49,369 bases of DNA, taken from the IMG/VR virus record IMGVR_UViG_3300037424_000186, positions 1 to 49,369 of that record; one strand, written 5' to 3'. Positions 36,489-44,578 of the stretch are shown piece by piece. The translations under genes were made by a program, and so were the position numbers. Within the stretch, counting starts at the first letter, position 1. The number at the start of each line of letters is the position of its first letter. The notes beneath the pieces were generated by a model that was given only the letters and a program-made list of their open reading frames with translations, did not search any database and was not told the DNA's origin. This DNA comes from a virus (Duplodnaviria > Caudoviricetes).

Positions 36489-37061
36489 ATGGATGAGGGC
36501 CCGGACGATATTGTCGGCCACAAGACTTTCGATACAGGCGAGATGGGCGAGCACGGATTCCCGGTCCTTCGCCATGAACCGCTTACCAGAGCCGAAGGCG
36601 ATGCGCTGTGGCAGCGCGCCGTGGAAGCCGAGCGGCTGCGTGCGGAGCGGATGCCGGACGAACAGGCAGCTATCCACGCACTCTGGGATGCCCATCAGCG
36701 TCTGAAGGAATTGGGTTGGAAGGAGCCGCAGTATTGCCCGAAGGACGGCACCTATTTCAAGGTGATCGAGCTTGGGTCAACCGGCATCTTTGACTGCTAT
36801 TACCAGGGCGAATGGAAAGACGGCCTATACATGGTCAGCGATGGCCGCGACGTTTATCCGACATCGGATGGAGTCGCCATGTTCAAGTTGCTGCCCGAGG
36901 ATCAAGCCAAGGAGGACGAGCGATGGAAGAAGGCGAAGGAGAGATTCCAAGCCCTAGCAACGGACACCACTGGATCAGATGGCGACAATTTATCTCTTGC
37001 CGCGACTGCGGGATCATCCGTCGAGCCGACGACAGAAACAGCCCCTGCAAGGGTGTCGTGA
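36489..37061 (+). CDS. Hypothetical protein
   Basis: 190 aa; RL.ELGW.....CPKDG..F..IE.GSTG motif; GGAGAG RBS. Confidence 0.65.
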   Translation: MDEGPDDIVGHKTFDTGEMGEHGFPVLRHEPLTRAEGDALWQRAVEAERLRAERMPDEQAAIHALWDAHQRLKELGWKEPQYCPKDGTYFKVIELGSTGIFDCYYQGEWKDGLYMVSDGRDVYPTSDGVAMFKLLPEDQAKEDERWKKAKERFQALATDTTGSDGDNLSLAATAGSSVEPTTETAPARVS

Positions 37062-37099
37062 CTGTCGAGCCTCGTACCGCCGCCGGCAGTCTCGACTAG
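36923..37099 (+). CDS. Small Cys/His protein ending VEPRTAAGSLD
   Basis: GGAGG RBS at 36911; HHW...CRDCG...PC; overlaps the tail of the previous ORF. Confidence 0.5.
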   Translation: MEEGEGEIPSPSNGHHWIRWRQFISCRDCGIIRRADDRNSPCKGVVTVEPRTAAGSLD

Positions 37100-37137
37100 C
37101 GATCATTCAAACAGACCGAAACAGTGAAGGAGAGAAG

Positions 37138-37314
37138 ATGGAGACCGAGAATAAGTGGATGGTTGGCGTCAGGGCTTCCCAGATTTACTTTATGTGTGGG
37201 GTACCCGAGACGATGAGCAAGGATGACGCGCTGCTGTTCGCTGCATGGATCGTGGCGCTGGCTGACAATGGCGATAAGTTCGAAAAAATCTTGGCCAAAG
37301 TGCAGAGCATATAA
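37138..37314 (+). CDS. Hypothetical protein
   Basis: AAGGAG RBS; MSKDDALLFAAWIVALAD. Confidence 0.6.
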   Translation: METENKWMVGVRASQIYFMCGVPETMSKDDALLFAAWIVALADNGDKFEKILAKVQSI

Positions 37315-37319
37315 CCGAT

Positions 37320-37502
37320 ATGGCTGAAACAGAAGCGCGACAGATGTTCAAGTCCCTCCCCGGTTATCCATTCTTCCCCTGCAAGATTTGCGTTCGGGAG
37401 GGGTTCAAGGGGATGGGCGGCTGTGACCATACCGTGCTGGAGCGAGCACAGGCGATGCACCCCGGTCTGGCTTTGCAGGCCGGCACCACCACCCGCAACT
37501 AG
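37320..37502 (+). CDS. Small Zn-binding protein
   Basis: PCKIC...CDHTV.ER. Confidence 0.55.
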   Translation: MAETEARQMFKSLPGYPFFPCKICVREGFKGMGGCDHTVLERAQAMHPGLALQAGTTTRN

Positions 37503-37519
37503 CGGTAAGGGAAGGGCAA

Positions 37520-37834
37520 ATGACCTATATCACCGACCAAAACTCTACCGAGCTTCGCGCCCATATTCGCAGCCTTCAAAAGCACCCCGAATGGCGAGAT
37601 GCAGTAACCGACCGGCTTTTTAAGGAGATCGTGGCGCAAGACGAAGAAATCGAGCGGCTCCGCAAGGGGCTGCAGGCGGCGATACGGGCGGCAAGGCTCG
37701 CCCTATTCGTCATCAACAAGCATGTTGCCATGCCTAACGATAGCTGGGCATCCGGTTTTGACGCTGACTTAAAGACGGCCGATGCGGCGCTCGCCGCACT
37801 CCCCGTCGAAAACGGGGCTCAAGATGGACGATAA
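37520..37834 (+). CDS. Hypothetical coiled-coil protein
   Basis: 104 aa; EIERLR motif. Confidence 0.55.
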   Translation: MTYITDQNSTELRAHIRSLQKHPEWRDAVTDRLFKEIVAQDEEIERLRKGLQAAIRAARLALFVINKHVAMPNDSWASGFDADLKTADAALAALPVENGAQDGR

Positions 37835-37988
37835 CATGAGGCGCTGCCAGGAACTGTTCTCGGACCTGCTGCGAGCGGCCTATGATGAGAAAAACCCTAT
37901 AGACCGCGAACTCGCCAAGGGCGCTGCAGAATGCGGGGCCTACCTGCTTGACAGGCTACTGCGCCCCGACGCCCACGATAATCAGTAG
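37824..37988 (+). CDS. Hypothetical protein
   Basis: 54 aa; tightly packed. Confidence 0.45.
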   Translation: MDDNMRRCQELFSDLLRAAYDEKNPIDRELAKGAAECGAYLLDRLLRPDAHDNQ

Positions 37989-38031
37989 TCCGGAGTGGCC
38001 GGCTGTCCGAAACACTGAAAAGGAGAGAACG

Positions 38032-38184
38032 ATGATGGTTGAGGAAGACGGGGACGAAATCTTCGTGCCGATCAAATCGGTCGTATGCTGCGGCGGGAAG
38101 CTGCGCGCGATCGAGGGCTTTTGGCGGTGCCCGAAGTGCAGGCTAAGCTATGGCGAGGCCAAAACCCGGAAGACCAAAGGATGA
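38032..38184 (+). CDS. Small Zn-ribbon protein
   Basis: CCGG.L......W.CPKC; AAGGAG RBS. Confidence 0.55.
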   Translation: MMVEEDGDEIFVPIKSVVCCGGKLRAIEGFWRCPKCRLSYGEAKTRKTKG

Positions 38185-38414
38185 CCATCTCAAAAACAGC
38201 GGACTTCGCGGCCTACATCCGGAAGTCCAGAGAAAAAAACGGCCTCAGTCTCTCACAGGCGGCGGACCGGATCGGGTGCACGAAATCGCATCTTTGGGAT
38301 TTGGAGCAGCGCCGGTCCGACAACCCAACCATCAAAACCCTAACCGGGCTGGCGCAAGCTCTTGGGGAGAGCATCAGCTACCTCGCTGAGCTTGCCGCCA
38401 TCTCGCGGGTTTGA
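38181..38414 (+). CDS. XRE-family HTH regulator
   Basis: IRKSREKNGLSLSQAADRIGCTKSHLWDLE......NPT..TL..LA.ALG. Confidence 0.8.
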   Translation: MTISKTADFAAYIRKSREKNGLSLSQAADRIGCTKSHLWDLEQRRSDNPTIKTLTGLAQALGESISYLAELAAISRV

Positions 38415-38449
38415 CGGCTAAGTCCAGACTGGCAAGGAGACCGAGGACC

Positions 38450-38656
38450 ATGAACTTCAATGCTTGTAGTAGACCGGAATGCCAGGGCACGGGCGGGTGC
38501 GCGCACCGTGGCCCGCTTGGCGAGGCATGCCACTTCCCGACTTACACGGGAACGCCACGTGGCTGCATCTGTCCTCCCGGTTCGGAGGCCACTTGCAAGG
38601 GCTTCGGCTGCCCCCGACAACCGTTCAATATGAACCCGACTTTCGGGCATCAGTAG
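38450..38656 (+). CDS. Cys-rich small protein
   Basis: 68 aa with 8 Cys; GCICPP...CKG.GCP. Confidence 0.55.
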   Translation: MNFNACSRPECQGTGGCAHRGPLGEACHFPTYTGTPRGCICPPGSEATCKGFGCPRQPFNMNPTFGHQ

Positions 38657-38683
38657 TGTCCACCACAGCAAAAGGAGAATGAA

Positions 38684-38866
38684 ATGCTTACCAGAGAACT
38701 CATCGCCCAGGCAGTTGCGCGAGGCTGGTGCTCGAAGGCAAACGAACTCAAAGAGATGGACGTGGACCTAGCCGACTCGATCACGGCTGAGGTTTGGTGC
38801 GAGGTCGCTGCGGAGCAAATGGAGTACGGCCCAGAGTCGAATGGAGACCGCGATGCCAAAATATGA
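38684..38866 (+). CDS. Hypothetical protein
   Basis: AVARGWC...N..KEMD.DLA..I; AAGGAG RBS. Confidence 0.6.
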   Translation: MLTRELIAQAVARGWCSKANELKEMDVDLADSITAEVWCEVAAEQMEYGPESNGDRDAKI

Positions 38867-39083
38867 AGCTGAATTTTCGGCTATAATCGAAATTGAGGCC
38901 CCAAATGCCGCTGCGGCATCGGCCGCATTGAGGCGAGAGGGGATTGGGGAGCTTCGCTTGATAAGCGCCTCAGCGGGCTCTCTTAGGTCGCCCAGCGGCG
39001 CTTTGAAGCGGGTGAACGACTGGTTCTTTTCTCTCCGGATAAAGGAACCAAATATCTCTACCGTCCGGCGCTCGCGGACATGA
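38853..39083 (+). CDS. Hypothetical protein
   Basis: GGAG RBS inside a junction palindrome. Confidence 0.5.
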   Translation: MPKYEAEFSAIIEIEAPNAAAASAALRREGIGELRLISASAGSLRSPSGALKRVNDWFFSLRIKEPNISTVRRSRT

Positions 39084-39114
39084 CCGAAGACTGGACTTGA
39101 AATGGAGAACTGAA

Positions 39115-39219
39115 ATGGATTGGGTTGTTATTGTCTCACTCGTCGGCGTAGCCTTCCTTTCTGGAATCACAGTCGGCGAAGTTCTGGAGAGAAGACACCA
39201 ACGAAACATACACCGTTAA
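39115..39219 (+). CDS. 34-aa single-TM peptide
   Basis: MDWVVIVSLVGVAFLSGITVGEVLERRHQRNIHR; GGAG RBS; bounded by palindromes at 39071 and 39219. Confidence 0.55.
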   Translation: MDWVVIVSLVGVAFLSGITVGEVLERRHQRNIHR

Positions 39220-39251
39220 GTCCGGACATGAGCAGAAACGGGGAGAGAGAA

Positions 39252-39437
39252 TTGAAAATCAGCTATTTCATCGAAATGCCAAACGACATATGCGTTGGCC
39301 CGTTCGAAACAGCCAACAAGGCCGCAGCTTGGGTCTCGGCGCAGAGGCCCGACCGATACATGCGTGAGAATGGCGGTTGGCGGATTAAACCGCTGTGCGA
39401 CCCGGCTGACCCGGACTGGAAGATTGCTATCGCCTAG
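39252..39437 (+). CDS. Hypothetical protein
   Basis: TTG start after GGAGAG; VGPFET...A..W motif. Confidence 0.5.
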   Translation: MKISYFIEMPNDICVGPFETANKAAAWVSAQRPDRYMRENGGWRIKPLCDPADPDWKIAIA

Positions 39438-39478
39438 CTGAGCAGTGTCTGGACTTTGAGCAAAAAAGGAAACTGAAG

Positions 39479-39796
39479 ATGTCTAAATTCCCGCGCCTTG
39501 AGATGATGCGAGCCCAGCGCCAACGGCGTGAGGATGAATTGACGGCACCGTACCAGGCGGAACTCAGAACCGCCTCCTCCATGATTTCCCAACTTCGCCT
39601 CAAAATGACGTTCCCGGCCGACGTTCTACGCTTTATGGACCCCTCCTATATGGAGCGGCAAGTGCTTCGCCAGTATACCGAGCGAAACTTGCCGAACCTG
39701 TCCGTGAACCTCAGCGCCGATATTGCCGACAAGTACGTGACGACGGTTGATATCCGGATTCCGCCTCTTGGTGTTCGCCAAGTCGTCGCACACTAA
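39479..39796 (+). CDS. Hypothetical protein
   Basis: 105 aa; AAGGA RBS. Confidence 0.6.
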   Translation: MSKFPRLEMMRAQRQRREDELTAPYQAELRTASSMISQLRLKMTFPADVLRFMDPSYMERQVLRQYTERNLPNLSVNLSADIADKYVTTVDIRIPPLGVRQVVAH

Positions 39797-39845
39797 GAGG
39801 CGCGGCTCACACTTTCGGTCATGGCCAAACACAGAAAGGAAGAAC

Positions 39846-40154
39846 ATGAGTGGAGGATCGTTCAATTATCTTTGTTATGCAGAGCCGGACGAGCTTTTCA
39901 GAAAGCGCGAGGATCTGAGAAATATGGTTGAGGCCCTTACCGAGCTAGGCCATGTAGACGCCGCGAAGGAGACCGAAAGCGTTCTCCTCGTGCTGAACCA
40001 CTTTGAGGCTAGGATGCGCGCTCGGATGGACCGCCTCAACGAGGTATGGAGGTCGGTCGAATGGGTGCAGAGTGGCGACAGCGCTCCTAGCCGGGTCGAC
40101 GAAGCGATTGCGGAGTACCGCGCGTCCGTTAACCCTCCCCCGAATCCGTCTTGA
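39846..40154 (+). CDS. Hypothetical protein
   Basis: MSGGSFNYLCY N-terminus, a recurrent phage motif. Confidence 0.65.
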   Translation: MSGGSFNYLCYAEPDELFRKREDLRNMVEALTELGHVDAAKETESVLLVLNHFEARMRARMDRLNEVWRSVEWVQSGDSAPSRVDEAIAEYRASVNPPPNPS

Positions 40155-40214
40155 TGGATGGGGCAACGTGGGGTAGCGTGGCGCTCTCAGCAATTAAACA
40201 TTGGATGTATCTCT

Positions 40215-40457
40215 ATGGCGTGGTGGTTTTTTAATCCGAAAAGTTCTTTTGCTGGGGACTTAAAGCCGTGGTCAAAAATTGATATCGACGGAAATATTGG
40301 AACGGTCCAAAGCGTTACCGTTTGCAACGGAGTTGGAGCGGCCCCACATCACCTGATCGGGTCTAAACGATCAAGAACGACCTGCGCGCTGCTCGTAACA
40401 CTCATGGATGGCCGCGAGATAAAACTTCATCCTGGTGAAAAAATCCGGCTTGCGTAA
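40215..40457 (+). CDS. Hypothetical protein
   Basis: Last + strand ORF, convergent with the late operon. Confidence 0.45.
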   Translation: MAWWFFNPKSSFAGDLKPWSKIDIDGNIGTVQSVTVCNGVGAAPHHLIGSKRSRTTCALLVTLMDGREIKLHPGEKIRLA

Positions 40458-40458
40458 A

Positions 40459-43050
40459 TCACCTGAATTTTCCGACGGCCCATCCGCTGCCGGTAAAACC
40501 AATACCGACGCATCCATAGGTGTTCATATCGCCGTTGATGCACTCGACGCTATCGAGATTGTCAGCAACATAGCCGCTTGCTGGGAGAAGCTGGGTAAAG
40601 GTCTGGCATAAGTCCACCGTTCTCCAAATCCCGTGTGTTCCGCTCACCCACCCGTCGAAATACATCGTAGGCACGATTTCGCCGGGCGCGGCGTGGCCAA
40701 ACCCGAAAGACCTGATTTCCTTCAGGTCCGCGCCGTATCCGTTCGCGATGGTGACGGCAACCCAGTTCGCCCCGCCATCCGTTGACCGATAAAAGAACTG
40801 GTTGGTTGGCGCTCGGTCGATCTTGCCGTCACCAAACTTGCCGCTCGTGTACCAGATATCCCCAGCCACATCCGGGCGGGCGCGCAGGGTCACGTTGAAT
40901 CCGCCGTTTCCGTCAATGACGCCAGTGTTCGCGACCTTGCTCCAGTTGATCCCGCCATCGGCCGAGCTATAGACGCCGTTGCCGTAACTCACGGCGTAGA
41001 ATGTTCCGATTGTCACGCGGTCAGAACAGATCGGCCTGGCACGGTAAAAGTAAGCTCCGATCCAGCCTGAGGCCGGAAGTCCGGTTGCGTTTGTCCATGT
41101 TGCCCCTCCGTCTGTGGTGTATTTTGGCAGGACCGTATCTCCCTGCCCAGGATTGACGACCATGTTTGTTTGCGACGCTACAGCTATGCAGCCGCCGCTC
41201 TGGTTGGAGATCGGCTGCGCAGCGAACTCAGTCCATGTCTGCCCGCCGTCATCGCTGTAGCCCCAATTCTGGGTAGCGTCCCAACTCGCGCAAGTAGCAA
41301 CGAAAAGCGGATTGCCGGGCTCGGTGTCTAATGACCAGCTCCCGCAGAACTGTCCATCGACGGGGCCATACGAAGACGGATAGGCGGCTGTGCCTGTGGC
41401 GCGGAAGTTCGATCGATCCCATGATGCGGTGACCGGGTTAAGCGTCGTCGGGAATACGATGTCCGTCGCAACAAGTTCCTCAATGCCGATCGTCATCGAA
41501 GTCCATGTGAACGGCTTAAACAATACGGGCCAATTTCCTTTCCAGACGCCGATGCCTTCGGCAAAGATCAGGTTGTCGTTATTGCAGGTAATCGCGGTGC
41601 CTGTGGCGTTCCCCGTAGCAGCCGCACCGTCGAAAACAAGCGTGCTCGCCCCGGCATTGATGCTGGCGATTTTAGCCTTGCCGGGGATGGTTGAGCCGAC
41701 AATCCACTGACCGACCACGAGGCCCGCAGTTGCGGAAAGATTGCTGACCGTGTTCGATCCACTCGCGAGATTTCCGGTGATCTTGACCACGGGAACGGTC
41801 GGGTCAATCCGCATCTCACCAATCGTCATGTAACTGGTGTCAGATGTGGCGAGCCAAGGAATATCCGTCGCAATTTGGTCCTGTCCGCCCCCTGGATAGA
41901 CGTCCGACCATGTATCGTTACTGAGCCAGTTTGCGCCGTAGTCCATGCTACGGCGACCAGTTTTCCCGCCAGTGCTCACTGAATGGATTGATATGCTGCC
42001 TGCCCAATTCGGGTCAGTCCAAATACCTTGAGCCGCAACGGTTGAAATATTTGTCCAAGCGCTCGATTGATATCGCCAAACAGGCCCAGTTGCTGCTGAG
42101 CTGCCTTCGCTGCAATAGTAGACACCCTCTGTTGTAACTTGTGCCGACACCCAGACACTAGTGGGACCGCCGCTCGAAATATCGCTCCACGTCGCCCCGC
42201 CGTCTGCCGATCGCCACACCCCGTATTGAGACTGCCCGGCATAGATCACCGACGTTCTGCCGCTGGTCGTCCCCGACGATGCGTCGAAACAGATTCCGAC
42301 GACACCGGCACCGTGAGACGTCATCGCGCGACTGGAAACAGTCTGCGAACTTCCAGATAGTGCATAAGTGCCCGTTCCACCAACCCCAGTAGTCCCTGAC
42401 GTGCCATAGGGTCGGATCAGATACGATGTGACTCCTGATCCCCAAACGAAGTGCCCCGGCAAGATTGTGTTCGCCGATACTGCGGAAACGGTCAATGTGG
42501 TTCCGGATATCGATGCAGTGAACGACGCTACCGCAGATGCAGGGCCAGTGACTGCACTAAACGACGCCCCACCGTCAGTGGACCGCTGCAACCCCTGTGT
42601 GGCAGTCCCGACGAGAATATGGCTCGGGTCGGCCGGATCGACAACAAACTTATTGTTGCAAAACTTATATCCACCGTTGGGTGAGTAAGGAGCGGTGCCA
42701 ATATCTGGATGTAGGAAGCTACTATCCGCCCAGGTTAACCCGCCGTTCGTGCTCTTTAGGAGATAACCATCCCCCATGAGCATATACCTGATTGATGAGT
42801 CGCTCGGCGCGATTGCAACAGCCCAAACACGCTGCGCAGTCGTGGAAGTTCCGTCCAGGCTTGTGTGCGTGCAAAGCTTCCGCCAGATAGAGCCTGCACT
42901 GTCGTATCGGTAGGCGTTGTTGACGTCGGCCCACGTTACTTTTGTGCCGTCGGCGGCGATGTCCAATCCGGTGAGTTGTCCGCCTGCTCCGATTGGGATT
43001 TGTTCCCAGCCGAAAATTGAAGGGGCTCTGCCTAGAAGAAGAATTCCCAT
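40459..43050 (-). CDS. GH74/BNR-repeat beta-propeller protein (depolymerase or receptor-binding)
   Basis: Multiple Asp-box motifs (STNGGLTW, SADGGATW, SDDGGQTW, STDGGANW); GH74-like N-terminus W..IPIGAGG..TG...DV..AYRYD. Confidence 0.75.
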   Translation of the reverse strand: MGILLLGRAPSIFGWEQIPIGAGGQLTGLDIAADGTKVTWADVNNAYRYDSAGSIWRKLCTHTSLDGTSTTAQRVWAVAIAPSDSSIRYMLMGDGYLLKSTNGGLTWADSSFLHPDIGTAPYSPNGGYKFCNNKFVVDPADPSHILVGTATQGLQRSTDGGASFSAVTGPASAVASFTASISGTTLTVSAVSANTILPGHFVWGSGVTSYLIRPYGTSGTTGVGGTGTYALSGSSQTVSSRAMTSHGAGVVGICFDASSGTTSGRTSVIYAGQSQYGVWRSADGGATWSDISSGGPTSVWVSAQVTTEGVYYCSEGSSAATGPVWRYQSSAWTNISTVAAQGIWTDPNWAGSISIHSVSTGGKTGRRSMDYGANWLSNDTWSDVYPGGGQDQIATDIPWLATSDTSYMTIGEMRIDPTVPVVKITGNLASGSNTVSNLSATAGLVVGQWIVGSTIPGKAKIASINAGASTLVFDGAAATGNATGTAITCNNDNLIFAEGIGVWKGNWPVLFKPFTWTSMTIGIEELVATDIVFPTTLNPVTASWDRSNFRATGTAAYPSSYGPVDGQFCGSWSLDTEPGNPLFVATCASWDATQNWGYSDDGGQTWTEFAAQPISNQSGGCIAVASQTNMVVNPGQGDTVLPKYTTDGGATWTNATGLPASGWIGAYFYRARPICSDRVTIGTFYAVSYGNGVYSSADGGINWSKVANTGVIDGNGGFNVTLRARPDVAGDIWYTSGKFGDGKIDRAPTNQFFYRSTDGGANWVAVTIANGYGADLKEIRSFGFGHAAPGEIVPTMYFDGWVSGTHGIWRTVDLCQTFTQLLPASGYVADNLDSVECINGDMNTYGCVGIGFTGSGWAVGKFR

Positions 43051-43871
43051 TATCCACCGATCACCCCAGCAGAGCCCGCCGGTCCTGTGATCGTGATGCC
43101 GCTGTTGCCTTTCAGGTCAAAGGAGTTTGTCGCGGTTGGACTTCCTGTGAAGGTGACTCCGCCGATAGCCGCCCATGAAATGGTTGATCCACCAGCAAGC
43201 GCTACGGTTGGGGTCACACCGTTGCCGCCGAAAATTTGGATGGCGTCATTATTTGCCGTACCAGCCCAATTGACCGCATTGGTAATTGTATATGTCGCGG
43301 TTGAAGTAAACGCGATATTCATGGGGACCACCACAGTCAGTGTCCCTATTGTAACTCCAGTGGTGGCCGAGAAGCTGGTGATATACGACTTATCTGCCGT
43401 GTTATCGACAGAAATGATATTGTAGGTCAGGCTCGTCCCAAGGCTAAGAGACCGATTGAAAACAGGATTAGCGGAGACAAGAATTGTCGAAGTGCCAGCG
43501 TTCAACGTCAAATTTGTGCTGGTTCCGCAATCCCAGACTGTGCCGTTGTTGCTGGAAAGCGTCCAGGTGTTGCTACCCATATTAAGGGTACGCGTTCCGG
43601 TTCCGCTGCAACTGAACAGGCCCGAAAGGGTGACGCTGTTATTGTTTGTTGCAAAGTCTAAAGTCCCGGTAAATGCTCCCATAGTGATAGTGATAATAGC
43701 TACGTTGGTGTTGACCGTGACTGTCCCGCCTCCACTTGATCCATCGAATGTCGCGGTGTCAGCAGCCCCCGGCACGGATGAGCCGCCAGCCCCCCCGGTC
43801 GTAGCCGACCAGTGCGTCGTATCTGCTGCATCCCAAGTGCCCGTGCCGCCAACCCAAAAGCGAGAAGCCAT
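43050..43871 (-). CDS. Virion fibre-like beta-solenoid protein
   Basis: RFWVGGTGTWDA.DT.HWS.TTGG.GG.SVP...D...FD motif. Confidence 0.65.
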   Translation of the reverse strand: MASRFWVGGTGTWDAADTTHWSATTGGAGGSSVPGAADTATFDGSSGGGTVTVNTNVAIITITMGAFTGTLDFATNNNSVTLSGLFSCSGTGTRTLNMGSNTWTLSSNNGTVWDCGTSTNLTLNAGTSTILVSANPVFNRSLSLGTSLTYNIISVDNTADKSYITSFSATTGVTIGTLTVVVPMNIAFTSTATYTITNAVNWAGTANNDAIQIFGGNGVTPTVALAGGSTISWAAIGGVTFTGSPTATNSFDLKGNSGITITGPAGSAGVIGG

Positions 43872-43875
43872 TTGC

Positions 43876-44577
43876 TTATACCTTTGATTTGAAGCCGAGC
43901 AGGGTAACGGTGATGGTGGAAGCCGCTGCGGATGGATCAGCACAAACCGCCGTTGCCGCGCTGAAACCAAGCGGGACGGGGAAATTGCAGACCACGCCAG
44001 AGGTATTGGCAGGCACCGGGAATGTGGCTTTGACAGCACCCGCAGCGCCATCCCTCAGATCGACCGTCACGGCCGTTGCCGACGTGTTTGCGATGATGCA
44101 GGTCGTCACGTAGTTCTTCACGCCGGCACCAGCCGAGGCCATGACGCTGGTAGAGCTGCCATCCGTGATCGCAACCGGGACCGGAGTTAACAGGTCTTCC
44201 AAGCCGCAGTGCGGGCGCATGATGAGCGCGCCGTCGAGGCCGGCATAAAGATCAGTCCTGTCCGCCGCGGCTACCAGGGTCGCCCCTGAAAGCCCGGCAA
44301 TAGCCTTTGCACCGACTTTGAGCGGCTCGCCGGAATCAGCAGCATCATGTGCCACCAGCGCGATGATGCCGGGGCTGTCAGGGCGCAGAACCGTTACAAG
44401 AGCGGGGTCCGTCGCAGTAACGGGGGCGACAGAAACGTCCTTGACCGCCGCCACGCCAGCATTGAGCGACGGATCTCCGATGACGACAACCTGCCGGTGG
44501 TTCCCGTTGGTTGCTTCGGTTCGGGTATCAACGTTCGTGCCACTACCCGCAGTGATCGCAACTGCCGTATCTGCCAT
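43876..44577 (-). CDS. Virion structural protein
   Basis: 233 aa, Ala/Thr/Val-rich jelly-roll-like C-terminus. Confidence 0.6.
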   Translation of the reverse strand: MADTAVAITAGSGTNVDTRTEATNGNHRQVVVIGDPSLNAGVAAVKDVSVAPVTATDPALVTVLRPDSPGIIALVAHDAADSGEPLKVGAKAIAGLSGATLVAAADRTDLYAGLDGALIMRPHCGLEDLLTPVPVAITDGSSTSVMASAGAGVKNYVTTCIIANTSATAVTVDLRDGAAGAVKATFPVPANTSGVVCNFPVPLGFSAATAVCADPSAAASTITVTLLGFKSKV

Positions 44578-44578
44578 A

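Larger units (their letters stand above)
36368..39838. repeat. Junction palindrome array, right block
   Basis: 27-mers at 36368, 37096, 37987, 38421, 38640, 38828, 39071, 39219, 39446 and 39812. Confidence 0.75.

Noticed and set aside
31923-39838. CRISPR array or classical integron
   Set aside because: The repeats are degenerate and separated by whole ORFs, with no cas genes. No GTTRRRY/RYYYAAC attC pattern was seen, and Int lacks the IntI-specific insertion before box II.
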